Shown here piece after piece: positions 31,647 to 42,391 of a stretch of 64,000 nt of DNA. The notes beneath the pieces were generated by a model. The model saw only the letters and a program-made list of their open reading frames with translations. It ran no database searches and had not been told where the DNA came from. The DNA is from Gammaproteobacteria bacterium. Its GTDB lineage: Bacteria > Pseudomonadota > Gammaproteobacteria > CBDBBL01. The stretch is taken from contig CBDBBL010000001.1 of assembly GCA_965203125.1 (NCBI GenBank), forward strand, positions 40,971-104,970, written 5' to 3'. Numbering within the stretch: position 1 is the stretch's first letter; the number at the start of each line of letters is the position of its first letter. The translations under genes and the position numbers were made by a program.

Positions 31647-33567
31647 ATTTAACTCCTATATTTACCTTACTATTTAACAAATCAACAAAAGATTGCACAG
31701 GCATCACACCAAGCTGTTCACCTGATTGCGAACGTACAGTGACCGTATTTTCCGAGGATTCTTTATCACCCAACACAAGCAAGTAAGGCACTCGCTTTAC
31801 AGTATGTTCACGTATCTTGAAACCAATTTTTTCATTACGTGCATCCGAAATAACACGAAACCCTTCATTCGTCAACTGTTTTGCCACATTCAGCATATAA
31901 TCCTGCTGTCTTTCGGTAATATTTAAAACAGCTATCTGGGTTGGTGCCAACCATAATGGTAAATTACCTTCATACTCTTCCAATAAAATACCAATGAAAC
32001 GCTCAATGGATCCAACCGTTGCACGATGAAGCATCACCGGCACCTGTTTTTCACCTGCTTCATCAATATAGGTTGCTCCTAAGCGTTCTGGCATAGAGAA
32101 GTCAACTTGAACAGTACCACACTGCCAAATACGCCCCAAACAATCCTTAAGAGAAAACTCAATCTTGGGTCCGTAAAAAGCACCCTCTCCTGGTAACAAG
32201 TCCCAATCAATCTCCTTGTCATCAAGTGCTTTCTCTAGCGCACTCTCAGCCTTATCCCACACTACATCATCACCCACACGCTTCTCAGGGCGGGTCGATA
32301 ATTTCACTAAAATATCTTCAAAGCCAAACTGCTGGTAAATCGACTTCAATTGATCAATAAACAATCCAATCTCAGCTTGTATTTGCGTCTCTGTACAGAA
32401 AATATGCCCATCATCTTGAACAAAGTTTCGCACCCGCATTAGCCCATGTAGTGTGCCTGATGGTTCATTGCGATGACAAGATCCAAACTCTGCTAAGCGC
32501 AACGGCAAATCACGATAGGAACGTAATCCTTGATTATAAACCTGCACATGACACGGACAATTCATTGGTTTAATGGCATAACGACGCTCACCAGACTCAA
32601 TACCTGTAGTCAATGAGAACATATCATCACCAAATTTATCGGCGTGTCCTGATTTCTCCCATAAACTCATATCAACCAATTGTGGTGTATTAATTTCTTG
32701 ATACCCTGCCTGACGATATTGCTTCGTCAAATAGTTTACAATCGTACTGTAAATAGACCAGCCAGCTTGATGCCAAAACACCATACCAGGTGCTTCTTCT
32801 TGCATATGATACAAATCCATCTTTTTTGCAAGCAATCGATGGTCTCGACGCTTGGCTTCTTCAACACGATGTAAGTAGGATTTTAAATCTTTCTTATTTG
32901 CCCATGCAGTACCATAAACACGCTGTAGCATCTCATTATTCGAATCTCCGCGCCAATAGGCGCCCGCCACCTTCGTTAGCGCAAAAGATCCTAGAAAACT
33001 GGTGTTCGGCACATGTGGCCCACGACATAAATCTGTAAAGTCTGCCTGACGGTATAAACTCAATATCTCATTCTGAGGAATATCCCGAACAATATCTGCT
33101 TTATAATGCTCGCCTTGTTTTTCAAAAAATGAAATCGCCTCATCACGAGATAATTCAAAACGCTCAACAGGAATTTTCTGTTTAACCAGTGCCTGCATTC
33201 GCTCACTGATCTTCTCTAAATCTCCTTCGCTAAACGGTGTATCGCAGGAAAAATCGTAATAAAACCCATCTTCGATCACTGGACCAATCGTCACTTGCGC
33301 TTGAGGATAAAGTTGTTTCACCGCATGTGCGAGCAAATGCGCTGTTGAGTGACGAATAATATCCAGACCCGCCGCATCACGAGAAGTAACCAACGTGACC
33401 TTAGCATTTTTTTCAATCAAATGACCAACATCAAACAGTTGCCCATCAACTATACCAGCAAGTGTTGCTTTTGCTAAACCAGCCCCTATCGACTCAGCTA
33501 ACTGTAGAATGGTCACTGCTTGTTCAAATTGTCTTACTGAGCTATCAGGCAGCGTGATTGTAAGCAT
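31642..33567 (-). CDS. thrS: threonine--tRNA ligase
   Basis: A 641-aa ORF with a TGS domain, editing domain, class II core and anticodon-binding domain. Confidence 0.95.
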
Positions 33568-33587
33568 GGTGTTTGTGTCCTAAAAAT

Positions 33588-33661
33588 GGTAGGCACGAGT
33601 GGGATCGAACCACCGACCACCACCATGTCAAGGTGGTGCTCTACCACTGAGCTACGTGCCT
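33588..33661 (-). tRNA. tRNA-Val (anticodon GAC)
   Basis: The reverse complement AGGCACGTAGCTCAGTGGTAGAGCACCACCTTGACATGGTGG...GGTTCGATCC...CGTGCCTACCA folds as a cloverleaf. It has a 7-bp acceptor stem, a GAC anticodon and an encoded CCA. Confidence 0.8.
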
Positions 33662-33805
33662 ACATACGTGACTATAATGGAAGAAATCGCGATTTTATCG
33701 ACTACATACGATAAAGTCGAGTATTTTTTAATTGCATCTTGTCACGTCTATCGATAAAATCTCGCGCTCAAAAACAATTTTACAACTGAATGGATTAAAA
33801 AAATC

Positions 33806-34003
33806 ATGCAAGCAGAAATACATCCAAAATACGAAGCAACCAAAGTAACTTGTAGCTGTGGTAATAAATTTGAAACCAAATCAACCGCATGTAAAGACCT
33901 ACATGTAGAGATTTGTAACAAATGCCACCCAGCTTATACTGGAAAACAGAAAACTGTGGATACTGCTGGTCGTATCGATAAATTTAAGAAACGCTTCAGC
34001 TGA
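33806..34003 (+). CDS. rpmE: 50S ribosomal protein L31
   Basis: [27 protein letters not shown]...[12 protein letters not shown]. Confidence 0.9.
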   Translation: MQAEIHPKYEATKVTCSCGNKFETKSTACKDLHVEICNKCHPAYTGKQKTVDTAGRIDKFKKRFS

Positions 34004-34054
34004 TCTCACAGAACCTGCGAAAAGCAATCTTCTCGCAGGCTGCCCCCTCGGAAC

Positions 34055-34945
34055 TCACTTCAATCGATTATCTCGCAAACGCTCCTCAAGATAACTCTTA
34101 GCTGTATGCGTATCTGACAGGCGCACGTCATCTTGTGGGTGAATAAAAATTGGCGTTGATACACGATAACGTTTCGCAGCCTCTCCCACAGGATTCTTCA
34201 CTCGATGCGTTGTTGATTTGATATAATGCCCAGTACACATCTGCAACATATCACCTGCATTAATCACCAGCTCACCAGGGTTCGGCAACAAATCAACCCA
34301 ATTACCTTCAATGTCTTTTACCGCCAGTCCAGACTCATTCGCTGCTGGCAACACTGTCAACAAATCAATATCCTCATGTGCAGCAGAACGTTCTTCACCC
34401 TGAGCGGCGTCACCTGCAATAGGCGGATAATGAATAACACGCAGTAAATGCTGCTGGCTTTCTGATATCATTTGTAGCAAGGGCATTTCCAACTTTTCCT
34501 TCACATCACTAGGCAACTCATTGTCAAGCCAACCCAGCAAAGTTTTTGCTACCACCAAACCTTCATCACGCAGACTATGTGTCAATGCTTTTAATGAATC
34601 AGGGCAAACACCCCACGGATAATAATGAAAATACTCCATTAAATTCTTCTGATCATTCCCTTTGGCATACTCAGAACCAAATGGGAAATAACCTGTTTGC
34701 GTTTCAGCATCATAACGATACTGGTTTTTCTCCTGCACAGATCGATCAAAAAACACTTTCCACTGATCATAAACAGATTGAAATAACGTAGCGGGCAAAG
34801 GGTGGTTCTTCAACACCGCAAATCCTGTATTATGTAACGACTCCAAAAACCGCTTTGGCGCATCATCCGCCAAGTAGTCTACGGTTAAAATCTGACTCAT
34901 GCTTCTACAAATCCTATCTGAACAACTTGGCTCATATGGTAACAA
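34055..34945 (-). CDS. 2OG-Fe(II) oxygenase family protein (isopenicillin N synthase-like)
   Basis: It has an HxD...H facial triad context (HEDIDLLTVL ... HRV). The likely start is the internal Met of MSQILTV. Confidence 0.45.
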   Translation of the reverse strand: MLPYEPSCSDRICRSMSQILTVDYLADDAPKRFLESLHNTGFAVLKNHPLPATLFQSVYDQWKVFFDRSVQEKNQYRYDAETQTGYFPFGSEYAKGNDQKNLMEYFHYYPWGVCPDSLKALTHSLRDEGLVVAKTLLGWLDNELPSDVKEKLEMPLLQMISESQQHLLRVIHYPPIAGDAAQGEERSAAHEDIDLLTVLPAANESGLAVKDIEGNWVDLLPNPGELVINAGDMLQMCTGHYIKSTTHRVKNPVGEAAKRYRVSTPIFIHPQDDVRLSDTHTAKSYLEERLRDNRLK

Positions 34946-34948
34946 AAA

Positions 34949-35917
34949 TTAGCCACACTTTACACTCTCAAGCGCATCAATTAACACCCGACAGTCCGCA
35001 TTTTTTTCTCGCGCATTCTCTGTTAAGCAACGTCTCCAAACTCGTGCATTTTTTTCCCCATGAAACAACCCTAGCAAGTGTCGAGTAATCATCGATAGCT
35101 TCACTCCCTGCGAAAGCTGATCTTCAACATACGGCAGTAACCGATGAATTACCTGCTCTCTTGAATATTTTTGCTGCCCCCACAATAAGCACCCCACCTC
35201 CATTAGTAAGTACGGATTATGATAAGCAGCTCGACCTAGCATAACGCCATCCATCAAACTCAAATGCTGCTGAACCTGATGAACACTCTCAATACCACCA
35301 TTGATCATCATGGGTAATCGAGGAAATGTAGACTTCAAATCATAGGCCACCTGATAGTTTAACGGTGGCAGTGTTCGATTCTCTTTAGGACTAAGACCAT
35401 GCAACCATGCTTTTCTAGCATGAATACTAACCCCATCACAACCTGCTACAACCACATGGTCGATCAATGCTTTAGTGAAATCATACCCCTCGTTGTGATC
35501 AACACCAATACGTGTCTTTACTGTCACTGGTAAATCACAATTAGATTTTATTGCACTAACACAGCCCCCCACCAACTCAGGCTCTTTCATTAGGCACACC
35601 CCAAACCGACCAGCTTGCACACGATTGGACGGACAACCCACATTGAGATTGATTTCATCATACCCATATTCTTGTGCAATATGAGCTGCTTGAGCAAGCA
35701 GCTCAGGATCTGAACCACCAAGCTGCAGTGCAACAGGATGCTCACTCGAATCAAAATTCAACAGGTAATCTCGATCTCCTCGCACAATCGCATGGGCTGT
35801 AATCATTTCCGTATAAAGTAGAATGTGAGGTGACAAACAGCGCAAAAAATAACGACAGTGTCGATCTGTCCAATCCATCATCGGCGCAACCGCGAGTTGA
35901 TAGTTATTCATGGACAC
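34949..35917 (-). CDS. dusA: tRNA-dihydrouridine synthase A
   Basis: MMDWTDRHCRYFLRCLS..., a Dus TIM-barrel; 322 aa. Confidence 0.8.
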   Translation of the reverse strand: MSMNNYQLAVAPMMDWTDRHCRYFLRCLSPHILLYTEMITAHAIVRGDRDYLLNFDSSEHPVALQLGGSDPELLAQAAHIAQEYGYDEINLNVGCPSNRVQAGRFGVCLMKEPELVGGCVSAIKSNCDLPVTVKTRIGVDHNEGYDFTKALIDHVVVAGCDGVSIHARKAWLHGLSPKENRTLPPLNYQVAYDLKSTFPRLPMMINGGIESVHQVQQHLSLMDGVMLGRAAYHNPYLLMEVGCLLWGQQKYSREQVIHRLLPYVEDQLSQGVKLSMITRHLLGLFHGEKNARVWRRCLTENAREKNADCRVLIDALESVKCG

Positions 35918-37626
35918 TGTAAGTGATCTACTAGGAGTTGTAACTTACATCTTCCAAGGTATTCATTAGCATCCAGCTTATACACTAAAACAACCTGTTC
36001 TTGACGGTGATTTGGCCATCGATCCAAATCTACATTGAAAGCGATTGCCTCAATAAAGTCATGACTCCCTAGAGCTTTCACCATCATTTTCAAATGTTTT
36101 TGCCCAACAATGCGCTGATCCATCAATTCAAAACATCCTGTAAACAGTGGCTCGGGGAATCCCTGCCCCCATGGCGAGGCATCACGTAACTGCTCTGCTG
36201 TCTCCAACATAAGCTCAGACGCAGAAAGCTCACCATCCACCCATAATGTTTGCTGCAAATCATCTGAGGTTAAATGCTGAGACACCACTTGATCAAAGAC
36301 TTGTCGAAATTTATCCAGATGCGCGCGCTGCAAGCTCAACCCTGCAGCCATCGCATGCCCACCAAACTTTTGCAACACCTCAGGATACTGTTTCGCCACC
36401 TCATCCAACGCATCACGAATATGCAATCCAGCCACAGAACGCGCCGATCCTTTAATTTCATTATCATTCACTTTTGCAAATGCAATCACAGGACGATGGG
36501 TTTTCTCTTTCACTTTTGATGCTACTAAGCCAACCACACCCTGATGCCAGTTTTCATGATACAAACAAAGTGATCGTGGTAAGTCGCCTTTTAAGTTGAG
36601 ATCATCTACTGCCTGAAAAGCCAGTTGTTGCATCTGAGCCTCAATATCACGGCGAGTACGATTCAACACATCAAGTTCTTCTGCATATTGCATCGCAGCT
36701 ACAGTATCTTCTTCGAGTAAACATTCAATCCCATGTGACATATCATCCAAGCGCCCTGCAGCATTGAGTCGTGGCCCAACTACAAATCCCAAATCAGTCG
36801 CAACCATGCGACGATAATTCTTTCCTGCTAACTTTAATAGCGCCAGAATACCTGGACGTGTTTTTCCTTGACGAATACGCTCCACACCTTGCTGCACTAA
36901 GATTCGGTTATTATGATCCAGTTGAACCACATCTGCCACTGTTCCTAAAGCAACTAAATCAAGAAACTGCACCATCTTAGGCTGCTGCAACTGCCGTTGC
37001 TCAAACCAATTCTGCTCAATCAAATAACGACGCAAAGCAATCATGACATAGTAAATCACGCCAACACCCGCCAAATTCTTGCTAGTGAAACTGTCACTGG
37101 GTTGATTAGGGTTGATAATAACATCAGCTTTCGGCAGTTGATCTGCTGCCAAGTGATGATCTGTTACCAAGACTTGTATTCCATGTGATTTTGCATGGTC
37201 AACCCCAGCCAAACTTGCAATACCATTATCAACCGTAATAATGAGTTGTGGCTTTTTAGGCAATACCAAATCAATGATTTCTGGTGTTAAACCATAACCA
37301 TACTCAAATCGATTAGGCACAACATAATCAACGTACTTCGCACCAAATGCACGCAAACAACTGATCGCTAATGCAGTACTGGTGGCACCATCAGCATCAA
37401 AATCACCGACAATCATGATACGTTTCTGCTGCTTTAGTGCTTGGTATAACAACTCAGAAGATTGATCAATATTCAACAACCCCACTGGAGACAATAACGC
37501 TGATAATTGACAGTCTAACTGCTGGGGATGATCCACTTGACGTGCCGAATAAATACGTTGCAATAAAGGTGACAAATTAGATAGCTCAATGGAGCTATCA
37601 CCTTTTCGGTGACAAATTTTGACCAT
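35908..37626 (-). CDS. recJ: single-stranded-DNA-specific exonuclease RecJ
   Basis: DHH motifs (VGDFDADGATS, VTDHH); 572 aa. Confidence 0.9.
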   Translation of the reverse strand: MVKICHRKGDSSIELSNLSPLLQRIYSARQVDHPQQLDCQLSALLSPVGLLNIDQSSELLYQALKQQKRIMIVGDFDADGATSTALAISCLRAFGAKYVDYVVPNRFEYGYGLTPEIIDLVLPKKPQLIITVDNGIASLAGVDHAKSHGIQVLVTDHHLAADQLPKADVIINPNQPSDSFTSKNLAGVGVIYYVMIALRRYLIEQNWFEQRQLQQPKMVQFLDLVALGTVADVVQLDHNNRILVQQGVERIRQGKTRPGILALLKLAGKNYRRMVATDLGFVVGPRLNAAGRLDDMSHGIECLLEEDTVAAMQYAEELDVLNRTRRDIEAQMQQLAFQAVDDLNLKGDLPRSLCLYHENWHQGVVGLVASKVKEKTHRPVIAFAKVNDNEIKGSARSVAGLHIRDALDEVAKQYPEVLQKFGGHAMAAGLSLQRAHLDKFRQVFDQVVSQHLTSDDLQQTLWVDGELSASELMLETAEQLRDASPWGQGFPEPLFTGCFELMDQRIVGQKHLKMMVKALGSHDFIEAIAFNVDLDRWPNHRQEQVVLVYKLDANEYLGRCKLQLLVDHLQCP

Positions 37627-38041
37627 GATTAACCCTTAAATTTCGTCCATTTTTTTGCATCGAAAATTGCAACTCATAGGTTGAGGACGGTAACACACGC
37701 GCTGCTTTTTCTGGCCATTCAATCAAACAAACCGCCTGTCGATCAAAGTAATCTTCCATACCAATATCATAAAGCTCTTCAGGTGATGTTAATCGATACA
37801 AATCAAAATGATGCACCACCAAGCTCTCAACCTCATAGCTCTCTACCAATCCATAAGTTGGGCTTTTCACTCGTCCACTATAGCCAACGCCTTGTAAAAA
37901 CCCACGAGAAAAGGTTGTTTTCCCCATTCCTAAGTCACCCATTAAATAAATAACATCTCCCGAGGAAACTTTCTGAGAAAACTGTGATGCAAATGCCAAC
38001 ATCACCTGCTCATTTTCGATATAATGCACATCATCATTCAT
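37598..38041 (-). CDS. tsaE: tRNA t6A37 biosynthesis ATPase TsaE
   Basis: Walker A motif LMGDLGMGKTTFSRGF; 147 aa. Confidence 0.8.
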   Translation of the reverse strand: MNDDVHYIENEQVMLAFASQFSQKVSSGDVIYLMGDLGMGKTTFSRGFLQGVGYSGRVKSPTYGLVESYEVESLVVHHFDLYRLTSPEELYDIGMEDYFDRQAVCLIEWPEKAARVLPSSTYELQFSMQKNGRNLRVNHGQNLSPKR

Positions 38042-39106
38042 AAAAAATACTCTATCATGAGCACCATCACTTTACAAAAACTATCCCTAGAAATTAAAAA
38101 CTGGGGAAAAGCATTAGGCTTCAGTCAAATCGGCATGACTGACTGTGATCTTACAACCGCCAGCCAACACCTTACTCAATGGCTACGCAAAGGATTTCAT
38201 GGTGAAATGCACTACATGGAGAATCATGCATCACTGCGAAAAAACCCACAACAGCTACTACCAGAAACCGTGCGAATCATCAGTGCGAGAATGGATTACA
38301 TGCCACCGAACACACGCAAAGCACAACGGCTTAAAGAACAACAAAAAGGATATATTTCACGCTACGCACTTGGACGAGATTATCACAAGTTGATGCGAAA
38401 ACGACTCGAAAAATTAGCAAAAAAAATCAGTGAACACCTACCCCATCAATATCGCGCATTTACGGATAGCGCACCCGTGTTAGAACGTGCTATTGCAGAA
38501 AAATCAGGCCTAGGATGGATAGGTAAGAACACGCTTGTTATTAACAAAAAGGCAGGCTCTTACTTTTTTCTAGGAGAAATCTACACCTCTGCCCCACTAC
38601 CTATCGATCAACCCGCATCATTTCACTGCGGATCCTGCAGTAGCTGTATTGATATTTGCCCAACCAAAGCGATTGTCGCACCATTCCAATTGGATGCAAG
38701 ACGCTGCATTTCCTATCTAACCATCGAGCTTGATGGCAGCATTCCTATAGAGTTTCGTAAAGCCATTGGCAACCGTATTTTTGGGTGTGATGATTGCCAA
38801 TTGTGTTGCCCTTGGAATAAATTCTCACAATACACAGCAGAAGACGACTTCCACCCTCGATATCAACTTGATAACAGCACGTTAATTGAGTTATTCAACT
38901 GGAGTGAAGAGGAGTTTCTCCAGAAGACTCAAGGCTCTGCTATTAGACGCACAGGTTATATTAATTGGCTCCGGAATATTGCTGTTGCCTTGGGAAATGC
39001 ACCAAGCAGTACAGCAATCATTAACACTCTCAGAAATAAACAATCATACGATAACATCGTCGTTAAAGAACATGTAGCGTGGGCTCTAACACAACACGAA
39101 AACTAA
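38024..39106 (+). CDS. queG: epoxyqueuosine reductase
   Basis: 4Fe-4S motifs (CGSCSSCIDICP, CDDCQLCCPWNKF); 360 aa. Confidence 0.85.
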   Translation: MHIIIHKKYSIMSTITLQKLSLEIKNWGKALGFSQIGMTDCDLTTASQHLTQWLRKGFHGEMHYMENHASLRKNPQQLLPETVRIISARMDYMPPNTRKAQRLKEQQKGYISRYALGRDYHKLMRKRLEKLAKKISEHLPHQYRAFTDSAPVLERAIAEKSGLGWIGKNTLVINKKAGSYFFLGEIYTSAPLPIDQPASFHCGSCSSCIDICPTKAIVAPFQLDARRCISYLTIELDGSIPIEFRKAIGNRIFGCDDCQLCCPWNKFSQYTAEDDFHPRYQLDNSTLIELFNWSEEEFLQKTQGSAIRRTGYINWLRNIAVALGNAPSSTAIINTLRNKQSYDNIVVKEHVAWALTQHEN

Positions 39107-39309
39107 TCATACACCATCTAAGTCTTTGGTCACACCATGCTTACCTGCTGAAACCTTCTTCTGAAACCCATAATCCCTAATATCAACGGTAACTTTTCTC
39201 AAATCGTATCCATTAATCGCCAAAAACATGCGGTTAGAATGGTTGATACTTAATCGTGTTAGCTATTAATTAGCCCACACTCCTTAACGGATACATCAAA
39301 CCACTCAAA

Positions 39310-40122
39310 CTATCCAGCTTCTTTTTTATACAACTCAATCAACTGTTGAGAAATACTGATAGAATGCAATCGTTTCGGTAAATTATCTAATCTAAACCAT
39401 TGCGCATCTACAATTTCATCGCCATCCACAGCAATCTCTCCTTTGTCATAATCGGCATGAAAACCCAGCATCAAGGAGTCAGGAAATGGCCATGGTTGTG
39501 AAACAAGATAACGTAAATTCTTCACATACAATCCAACTTCTTCGTAAACCTCGCGATGCACCGCCTCTTCGATCGTCTCTCCTGGTTCAACAAAGCCTGC
39601 TAGAGTGCCATAATTTTGAGTCTTCACATGCGTTGACTGTGCCAATAACACCTCATCTCCTTTTCTGACCAACACGATAATAGCTGGTGAAATACGGGGA
39701 AAGAAAATTTGATCACAAGACTGACAAATCAACGCACGCTCATCCAGCTTATCCCTCAACGGTTGTGCACAAGACCCACAATAACGATGTGTTAGGCGCC
39801 AGTGGTTCAAGTGACATGCCAGCACACCCAAGGAGCCAAACAGGTCGACCTGCTCACACCAAAGTTGCTTCAGTGACTTACACACAAACGTTTCATTTAA
39901 TTGACATTGCTCACTAGATAATGGATCAGGCAATAAATAGCGTTTTCCGTCCGACTCTGCAAAACAATAGAAACTATCACAAGACAACGCATGCTTCACA
40001 TCTTGGTAGCAAATCAGCTCCCCTACCTGGTTAACATAAAGCGCCTGCTGCTTGAAAATAAATACATAATCTAGCCTATCTGGATGAGCAACCAGATAAT
40101 GTGTCATTTTTAAATTATCCAT
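39310..40122 (-). CDS. nudC: NAD(+) diphosphatase (NADH pyrophosphatase) NudC
   Basis: A C4 zinc ribbon plus a Nudix box GFVEPGETIEEAVHREVYEEVGL. Confidence 0.8.
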   Translation of the reverse strand: MDNLKMTHYLVAHPDRLDYVFIFKQQALYVNQVGELICYQDVKHALSCDSFYCFAESDGKRYLLPDPLSSEQCQLNETFVCKSLKQLWCEQVDLFGSLGVLACHLNHWRLTHRYCGSCAQPLRDKLDERALICQSCDQIFFPRISPAIIVLVRKGDEVLLAQSTHVKTQNYGTLAGFVEPGETIEEAVHREVYEEVGLYVKNLRYLVSQPWPFPDSLMLGFHADYDKGEIAVDGDEIVDAQWFRLDNLPKRLHSISISQQLIELYKKEAG

Positions 40123-40209
40123 AAAAACCCATCTATATTGTTAAGAAAAACGCACAAGAGATAACATGCCATGATAACATCTATAACTTGCAATACTCAA
40201 AAACCTTTT

Positions 40210-40605
40210 CTACAATCTCGACATCTTCAGGGCGGGGTGAAAGTCCCCACCGGCGGTAATTCAACCGTATACACATCGCACTTGCATGAGTATCGTTGAT
40301 CAGCCCGCGAGCGATGATTTATACCCAAATTACTTGAAGACGTCGGACTTTAACGGCATGAGCTCGGCAGAATACAAATCTAAAAGTTTTCCCAATAGCG
40401 GTGCTATTGCTCAACCTTTTAAATCTGATTCTGCTCAAGCTCATTATGTTAAAGCCTCGGCGTCTTCAAGTAATTTAAGTATAGATAATTTCAAGTCATT
40501 GCAGATCTGGTGCATACCCAACTAGAAATCAAAATCTTCAGTTGGATTGAGTATAATTCCAGAGCCGACGGTTATAGTCCGGATGGAAGAAGATAACGAA
40601 ATGGT
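40210..40605 (+). ncRNA. FMN riboswitch (RFN element) upstream of ribD, carrying an insertion of about 135 nt in the variable loop
   Basis: The 5' half is tcttcagggcggggtgaaagtccccaccggcggtaa...agcccgcgagcg. The 3' half is ttggattgagtataattccagagccgacggttatagtccggatggaagaaga. P1 is tcttc/gaaga. All of these are hallmark conserved segments of the FMN riboswitch. Confidence 0.85.
40334..40467. repeat. MITE-like element copy d inside the FMN riboswitch (TIRs cttgaagacgtcggactttaac / gttaaagcctcggcgtcttcaag)
   Basis: A terminal inverted repeat of about 22 bp. The internal core is in reverse orientation relative to the copies at 5978 and 13760. Confidence 0.6.
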
Positions 40606-40701
40606 AATGGCTATCAAGCTTAGTGCTTTATTGGCATATTATCTTACGGTTTCGTCTCAACCAAAGTCATGCCCTGGACTACAAATGAATAGCTAGGGAT
40701 T

Positions 40702-41772
40702 ATGACACAACATCTACAACACATGACAAGGGCACTCAAGCTTGCCGAACGCGGTCGTTACCATGTCTCTCCAAATCCTATGGTAGGCTGTGTCATCGTG
40801 AAACAGGATCAAATTATTAGTCAAGGCTGGCACACGCATTATGGTGGCGATCATGCGGAAATCATGGCACTCAAAGCAATGCCCTCCCATCTAAAAGACG
40901 CAACCATGTATCTCACCTTAGAACCTTGCGTTCACCACGGGAAAACGCCTCCATGTATTGATCAAATCATTGCTGCAAATTTCCATAAAGTCTATATCGC
41001 TTGCCTAGATCAGAATCCCAAAGTCAAAGGTAAAGGTGTTGAACAACTCAAAGAATCAGGCGTTCAGGTTCATGTTGGATTGTGCGAGGGAAGCGCATGC
41101 AAACTGAATGAGACCTTCTTTCACTATATGAAAACCAAACGTCCTTTTGTGATAGCTAAATGGGCGATGTCATTGGACGGACAAATGCAAACTCACCCCA
41201 CCGACTCACGTATTATCAGCAATCAATCAACCCAACAATTAACACATAGATTACGCCACCAAGTGGACGCGATTTTAATTGGAAGAAAAACTGCTAACAT
41301 AGACAACCCAAAATTGACTGTAAGAGATCGAAGAATTTCAGCAAAAGAGCAGCCTCTTCGCATTGTATTAGATACTCAAGGATCATTGCCAACAAATTTA
41401 GCGATATTTACCGACAAACACCCAGAAAAAACATGGGTCATCACGACAACTCGCACAAAAGAATCTTGGAGAAACAAACTGATCTCTCAAGGTATCACCG
41501 TGATCATAAATCCTGTTGATTCTGACGATTACTTTGATCTTCCTGCTCTGCTCTATCAACTCGGACAACAACAAATTTCAAGTCTATTAATTGAAGGAGG
41601 TCGATTTACTCATCAAGCGTTTCTACAAGCCAACTTAATTAATAAAGTACACACCTTTATTGCACCTACAATCATCAATCCTTTCAATACAAAGCAACCC
41701 CTATACGATACACAGCTACACCAAGCTGGAGATAATGCTTATTTTGAAGGCTATCTACACCAAAATACTTGA
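40702..41772 (+). CDS. ribD: bifunctional riboflavin biosynthesis deaminase/reductase RibD
   Basis: A CMP/dCMP deaminase zinc motif (HAEIMAL...PCVHHGKTPPC) plus a reductase domain. Confidence 0.9.
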   Translation: MTQHLQHMTRALKLAERGRYHVSPNPMVGCVIVKQDQIISQGWHTHYGGDHAEIMALKAMPSHLKDATMYLTLEPCVHHGKTPPCIDQIIAANFHKVYIACLDQNPKVKGKGVEQLKESGVQVHVGLCEGSACKLNETFFHYMKTKRPFVIAKWAMSLDGQMQTHPTDSRIISNQSTQQLTHRLRHQVDAILIGRKTANIDNPKLTVRDRRISAKEQPLRIVLDTQGSLPTNLAIFTDKHPEKTWVITTTRTKESWRNKLISQGITVIINPVDSDDYFDLPALLYQLGQQQISSLLIEGGRFTHQAFLQANLINKVHTFIAPTIINPFNTKQPLYDTQLHQAGDNAYFEGYLHQNT

Positions 41773-41794
41773 AGATATATACAGGAGAATCAAT

Positions 41795-42391
41795 ATGTTT
41801 AGCGGTATTGTTGAAACCATGGGGGAGGTCATTGATATCATTCACAACAATGATATATTACAACTCACTGTCAAACCAACCATTCAGTTAGAAGCAATTC
41901 AAACTGGCGATAGCATTGCAGTTAATGGTGTCTGTCTAACCGTAGTAATACAAACCTCGACTTATTTTACAACCGAAATCATCACAGAAACACAACGCTT
42001 AACAAACTTAGGAAACCTAACACTTGGCAGTCAAGTCAACTTAGAACGTGCAATTACCTGCCAAACAAGAATAGGTGGACATCTAGTACAAGGACATATC
42101 GATGGAGTAGCAACAATCCATCAAATCAGGCAAGCAAGTAGTAGTCAAATCATCCTGTTTAAGGCACCGAGTACTATTACAGATTATTTAATTTATAAAG
42201 GGTTTGTCACAATCGATGGCATGAGTCTAACGATAGCACACTGTGATAAACAAACTTTCACTGTCCATTTTATTCCACACACGCAAAACCAGACCATCGT
42301 AAAATACTATCAAGTTGGTGACAGCATTAATATCGAAGTAGACATGACTGCCAAGTATATCGAAAAATTCCTACAAAGAGACGCCTCATGA
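41795..42391 (+). CDS. ribE: riboflavin synthase alpha subunit; start at the internal ATG 41795
   Basis: Begins MFSGIVETMGEV...; two lumazine-binding repeats. Confidence 0.85.
   Translation: MFSGIVETMGEVIDIIHNNDILQLTVKPTIQLEAIQTGDSIAVNGVCLTVVIQTSTYFTTEIITETQRLTNLGNLTLGSQVNLERAITCQTRIGGHLVQGHIDGVATIHQIRQASSSQIILFKAPSTITDYLIYKGFVTIDGMSLTIAHCDKQTFTVHFIPHTQNQTIVKYYQVGDSINIEVDMTAKYIEKFLQRDAS

Noticed and set aside
40286-40525. 79-aa ORF in the rib leader
   Set aside because: It lies inside the FMN riboswitch and its MITE-like insert, and has no coding features.
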